Shown: piece by piece, positions 46,221 through 46,344 of the stretch
How the letters are laid out: every line of letters starts with the position of its first letter
How positions within the stretch are numbered: position 1 is the first letter of the stretch
From: a virus
Lineage: Duplodnaviria; Caudoviricetes
Length of the DNA: 46,344 bases
IMG/VR virus record: IMGVR_UViG_3300031520_000006
Span: 1-46,344 of that record
Strand: one strand, 5' to 3'
Notes under the pieces: model-generated
Databases searched by the model: none
Seen by the model: the letters and a program-made list of their open reading frames with translations, nothing else
What the model was told of the DNA's origin: nothing
Program-made: the position numbers and the translations under genes

Positions 46221-46344
46221 TGCGGGTGTAAAGGACCGGGGATGCTTCTGGAAACCCAATACAAGCCATGCGCGCCAGGTATGCTGCCACAACATACATA
46301 CGCAGCATATGCTGTTAAACCAATTGACATAAGGCGCAAAGGTG

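Larger units (their letters stand above)
44464..46344 (+). mobile_element. IS110-family element (right end probably continues into positions 1-216)
   Basis: Transposase flanked by long structured non-coding ends; 13-bp inverted repeat 44603-44615/46292-46304; boundaries are inferred. Confidence 0.7.

Noticed and set aside
44496-46295. 599-aa minus-strand ORF
   Set aside because: Antisense shadow of the IS110 transposase with no motifs.
1-46344. cas genes, tRNA/rRNA genes, CI repressor with S24 peptidase, ParA
   Set aside because: None was recognised by eye. Absence is provisional without HMM and tRNAscan searches.

Overview
The window looks like a near-complete (probably circularly permuted) temperate phage or phage-plasmid of about 46 kb. 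A Chloroflexota/Ktedonobacteria-like host is inferred from gene style only. Almost all genes are on the minus strand. Modules: early/regulatory genes (224-8930); a repeat-rich non-coding region (8930-9600); a cas-less CRISPR array with its own leader, promoter and terminator (9789-10553; 11 repeats, 10 spacers); a virion/lysis operon (11441-31409: terminase, LL-H holin, C39 peptidase, protease-capsid fusion, portal, beta-helix fibre) with a receiver domain, a DNA methyltransferase and a Xer-like recombinase embedded in it; accessory cargo (HEPN, pentapeptide); replication genes (DEDDh exonuclease, initiator with internal iterons); a HerA/FtsK plus membrane-protein transfer-like module; and an IS110 element that appears to span the window end/start junction. 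The most striking feature is an essentially adenine-free transcription unit at about 7643-8534. It encodes a SLOG (DprA/YspA-like) protein with only 9 A in 765 nt, none synonymous, and has a GTG start, an A-free Shine-Dalgarno and an A-free terminator. All calls come from reading motifs by eye; no database searches were run.
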